Notes under the pieces: model-generated
Seen by the model: only the letters and a program-made list of their open reading frames with translations
Told to the model about the DNA's origin: nothing
The model's database searches: none
Program-made: the position numbers and the translations under genes
Assembly (NCBI GenBank): GCA_026770705.1
Contig: JANJGN010000035.1
Coordinates: forward strand, 2,604,001-2,668,000
From: Isurus oxyrinchus
Lineage: Eukaryota
Length of the DNA stretch: 64,000 nucleotides
Direction of reading: 5' to 3'
Part shown: piece after piece, positions 62,350 to 64,000 of the stretch
Numbering within the stretch: position 1 is the first letter of the stretch
How the letters are laid out: every line of letters starts with the position of its first letter

Positions 62350-62930
62350 CATAGAAGGAGATATTAGGTTGCAAATGTTTGGTCACAGGAGTAGATCAGA
62401 AGCAGCATTTTAAAAAGGTGAACCAGATAGAGGAATGGACATATTTGCGAGGGAGTGCAGTATTTTGGAACTGGTCAGCTGAAAGCACGAATACCAATGA
62501 TGTAGGTATTGACAACCAGAATGTTAAAGGACAGCTTCAATACATTGGTAAGATATGTTGGGCTGGAGAAAGAAAGGGGATAATTCATGGATCGAATTTA
62601 ATTTAAGGACGAGGATTTTCAAAGTGAGGCATTGCCAAGGCAGTGCCCGTTTAGTTCAGTACACGTGGTGGTTGGTGAACTGTACTTAGTTCAACTGAAG
62701 ATCAAGGCAGCAGAACTTAGAAGGAGTGCAACTATGCCTAGGTGGAAGATGGAACGTTGGCCATGGGACAACCTGAGTCGTTAATGTAGAACAAACACAG
62801 TCATGGGTGTGGATTTCAGCAGTAGATGAGCTAAGGCAGAGTCAGAGTTCGATGATGTTTAGTCTGAGGAAATACATTGTATGCATCTGAAAACATGTCT
62901 GTCCAACATCATGCAGTTTGGACAGAGATA
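62350..62930 (-). mobile_element. L2-type LINE relic
   Basis: Similar to 33990-34370 (ttggtgaact.., atttcagcagtagatgagct). Confidence 0.6.
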
Positions 62931-63224
62931 TTGGTGTGAAACTAATAGAGTGCCAGTCATTAATGTTGAATATTTGGATTTTTACTGTAATTTGCATCTC
63001 TGGAACACCATACCTTTGTACGGCCTGGGAAGAATGTCCTGCAGGCAGCCTAACGGTGAAGCAGTCTGGAAAGGGTGTGCTGCAGTCAGCATTACGATGA
63101 CATTCTGGGAACTGGTTTCTGCAGTGAGCCTCACGGTTAAGCAGTCTGGGAAGAGAGTGCTGCAGTAAGCATCATGGTGAAGCACTCTAGTAAGGCTGTC
63201 CTGCATCAGCTTTCTTTGAAAATA

Positions 63225-64000
63225 ACACACGTGACATCACAAGACAGCGCGAGGGAGCGGCGCACAGAGGGAGCGCGAGTGCGGGGAAGATTCAAAAAGT
63301 GACGTCAGCACGGAGGTGAGAGCTGATTGGTGAGTAGCGGGCAACTTCTTCCTCCAGTTTTTCCTTTCTACAGATTTTACCAAGTTTAAAATAGATTAAT
63401 GGTAAGGTTTCTGGTTTTTATTAAAAGTACATGAATAAATTAACGTTTTTACTGCATTTAACCTAAAGTAACGGTTTATTTATCAACTAGAGGCATGGGA
63501 GGGCAGCTCAGTCCCGTGTTATGTGCAGCCTACAACATAATGGAGGTCCTAGGCGCTTCTTGCGCTCTGAACGACCACGTGTGCAGGAAGTGCCATGAGC
63601 TGCTGCTACTTGAATTCCGAGTTTACGAGCTTGAACGGGACCTGGTGGCACTGAGGTGTACCCGTGAGCCTGTGAGTTTCATGAGCGTTTTTAGACGTGT
63701 TCACCCCACAACTTATGGAAGTGTGGGTAGAAAGGAAATTGGTGACCATTATTTAGAAGAATGTTATCAGGCAGATAGTGAGGAAATCCCCGGGGTGCAT
63801 CTCGCTGTGTAACCTTTTTTTCTGTGTTGGAAAACGGTGAGAGTCACAGTTCCTCTGGGGAGTGCATCCACGCGCATGGCACTGTGACAGGCTCAGCTGC
63901 ACAGGGTGTTGGGGTGGGGGGTGGGGGGCTGTATGTAAATAAGGGTCAGAGTCATAGTGATAGCAGACTGAAAAGTAAGGGGAATAGACAGACGTTTCTG
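63225..64000 (+). mobile_element. CR1 LINE 5' end: 5' UTR and ORF1, running off the window
   Basis: ORF 63495-63812 HVCRKCHELLLLEFRVYELERDLVALR (zinc finger/leucine zipper), then VIVIAD..VRGIDRRF (SGNH esterase start). CpG-rich 5' UTR. Confidence 0.85.

Overview
Gene-poor, repeat-rich vertebrate DNA. The repeat families (CR1 LINEs, SacSINE1-like SINE, Neptune-type Penelope-like elements) point to a cartilaginous fish; this is inference. No intact host protein-coding gene is visible. The left ~35 kb is a decaying tRNA/histone cluster built from old local duplications. It holds one apparently intact tRNA-Asp(GTC) gene, about ten tRNA pseudogenes or fragments (Lys, Ser, Thr, Gly, Asp), a 3' fragment of a replication-dependent H3 gene with its stem-loop, and an intronless H3.3 pseudogene. 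The right half has satellites and nested retroelements. These include a near-full-length young Penelope-like element (RT + GIY-YIG, one frameshift from an intact ~918-aa ORF) inserted into a Gypsy relic that abuts a Tx1-type LINE. The most unusual signals are minimal hammerhead ribozymes with a recurrent non-canonical CUGUNGA core in the PLE terminal repeats, a size series of PLE-derived palindromes, and an inverted duplication of a divergent tRNA-Asp pair in which only one of four copies survives. All alignments were done by eye, and boundaries of degenerate repeats are approximate.
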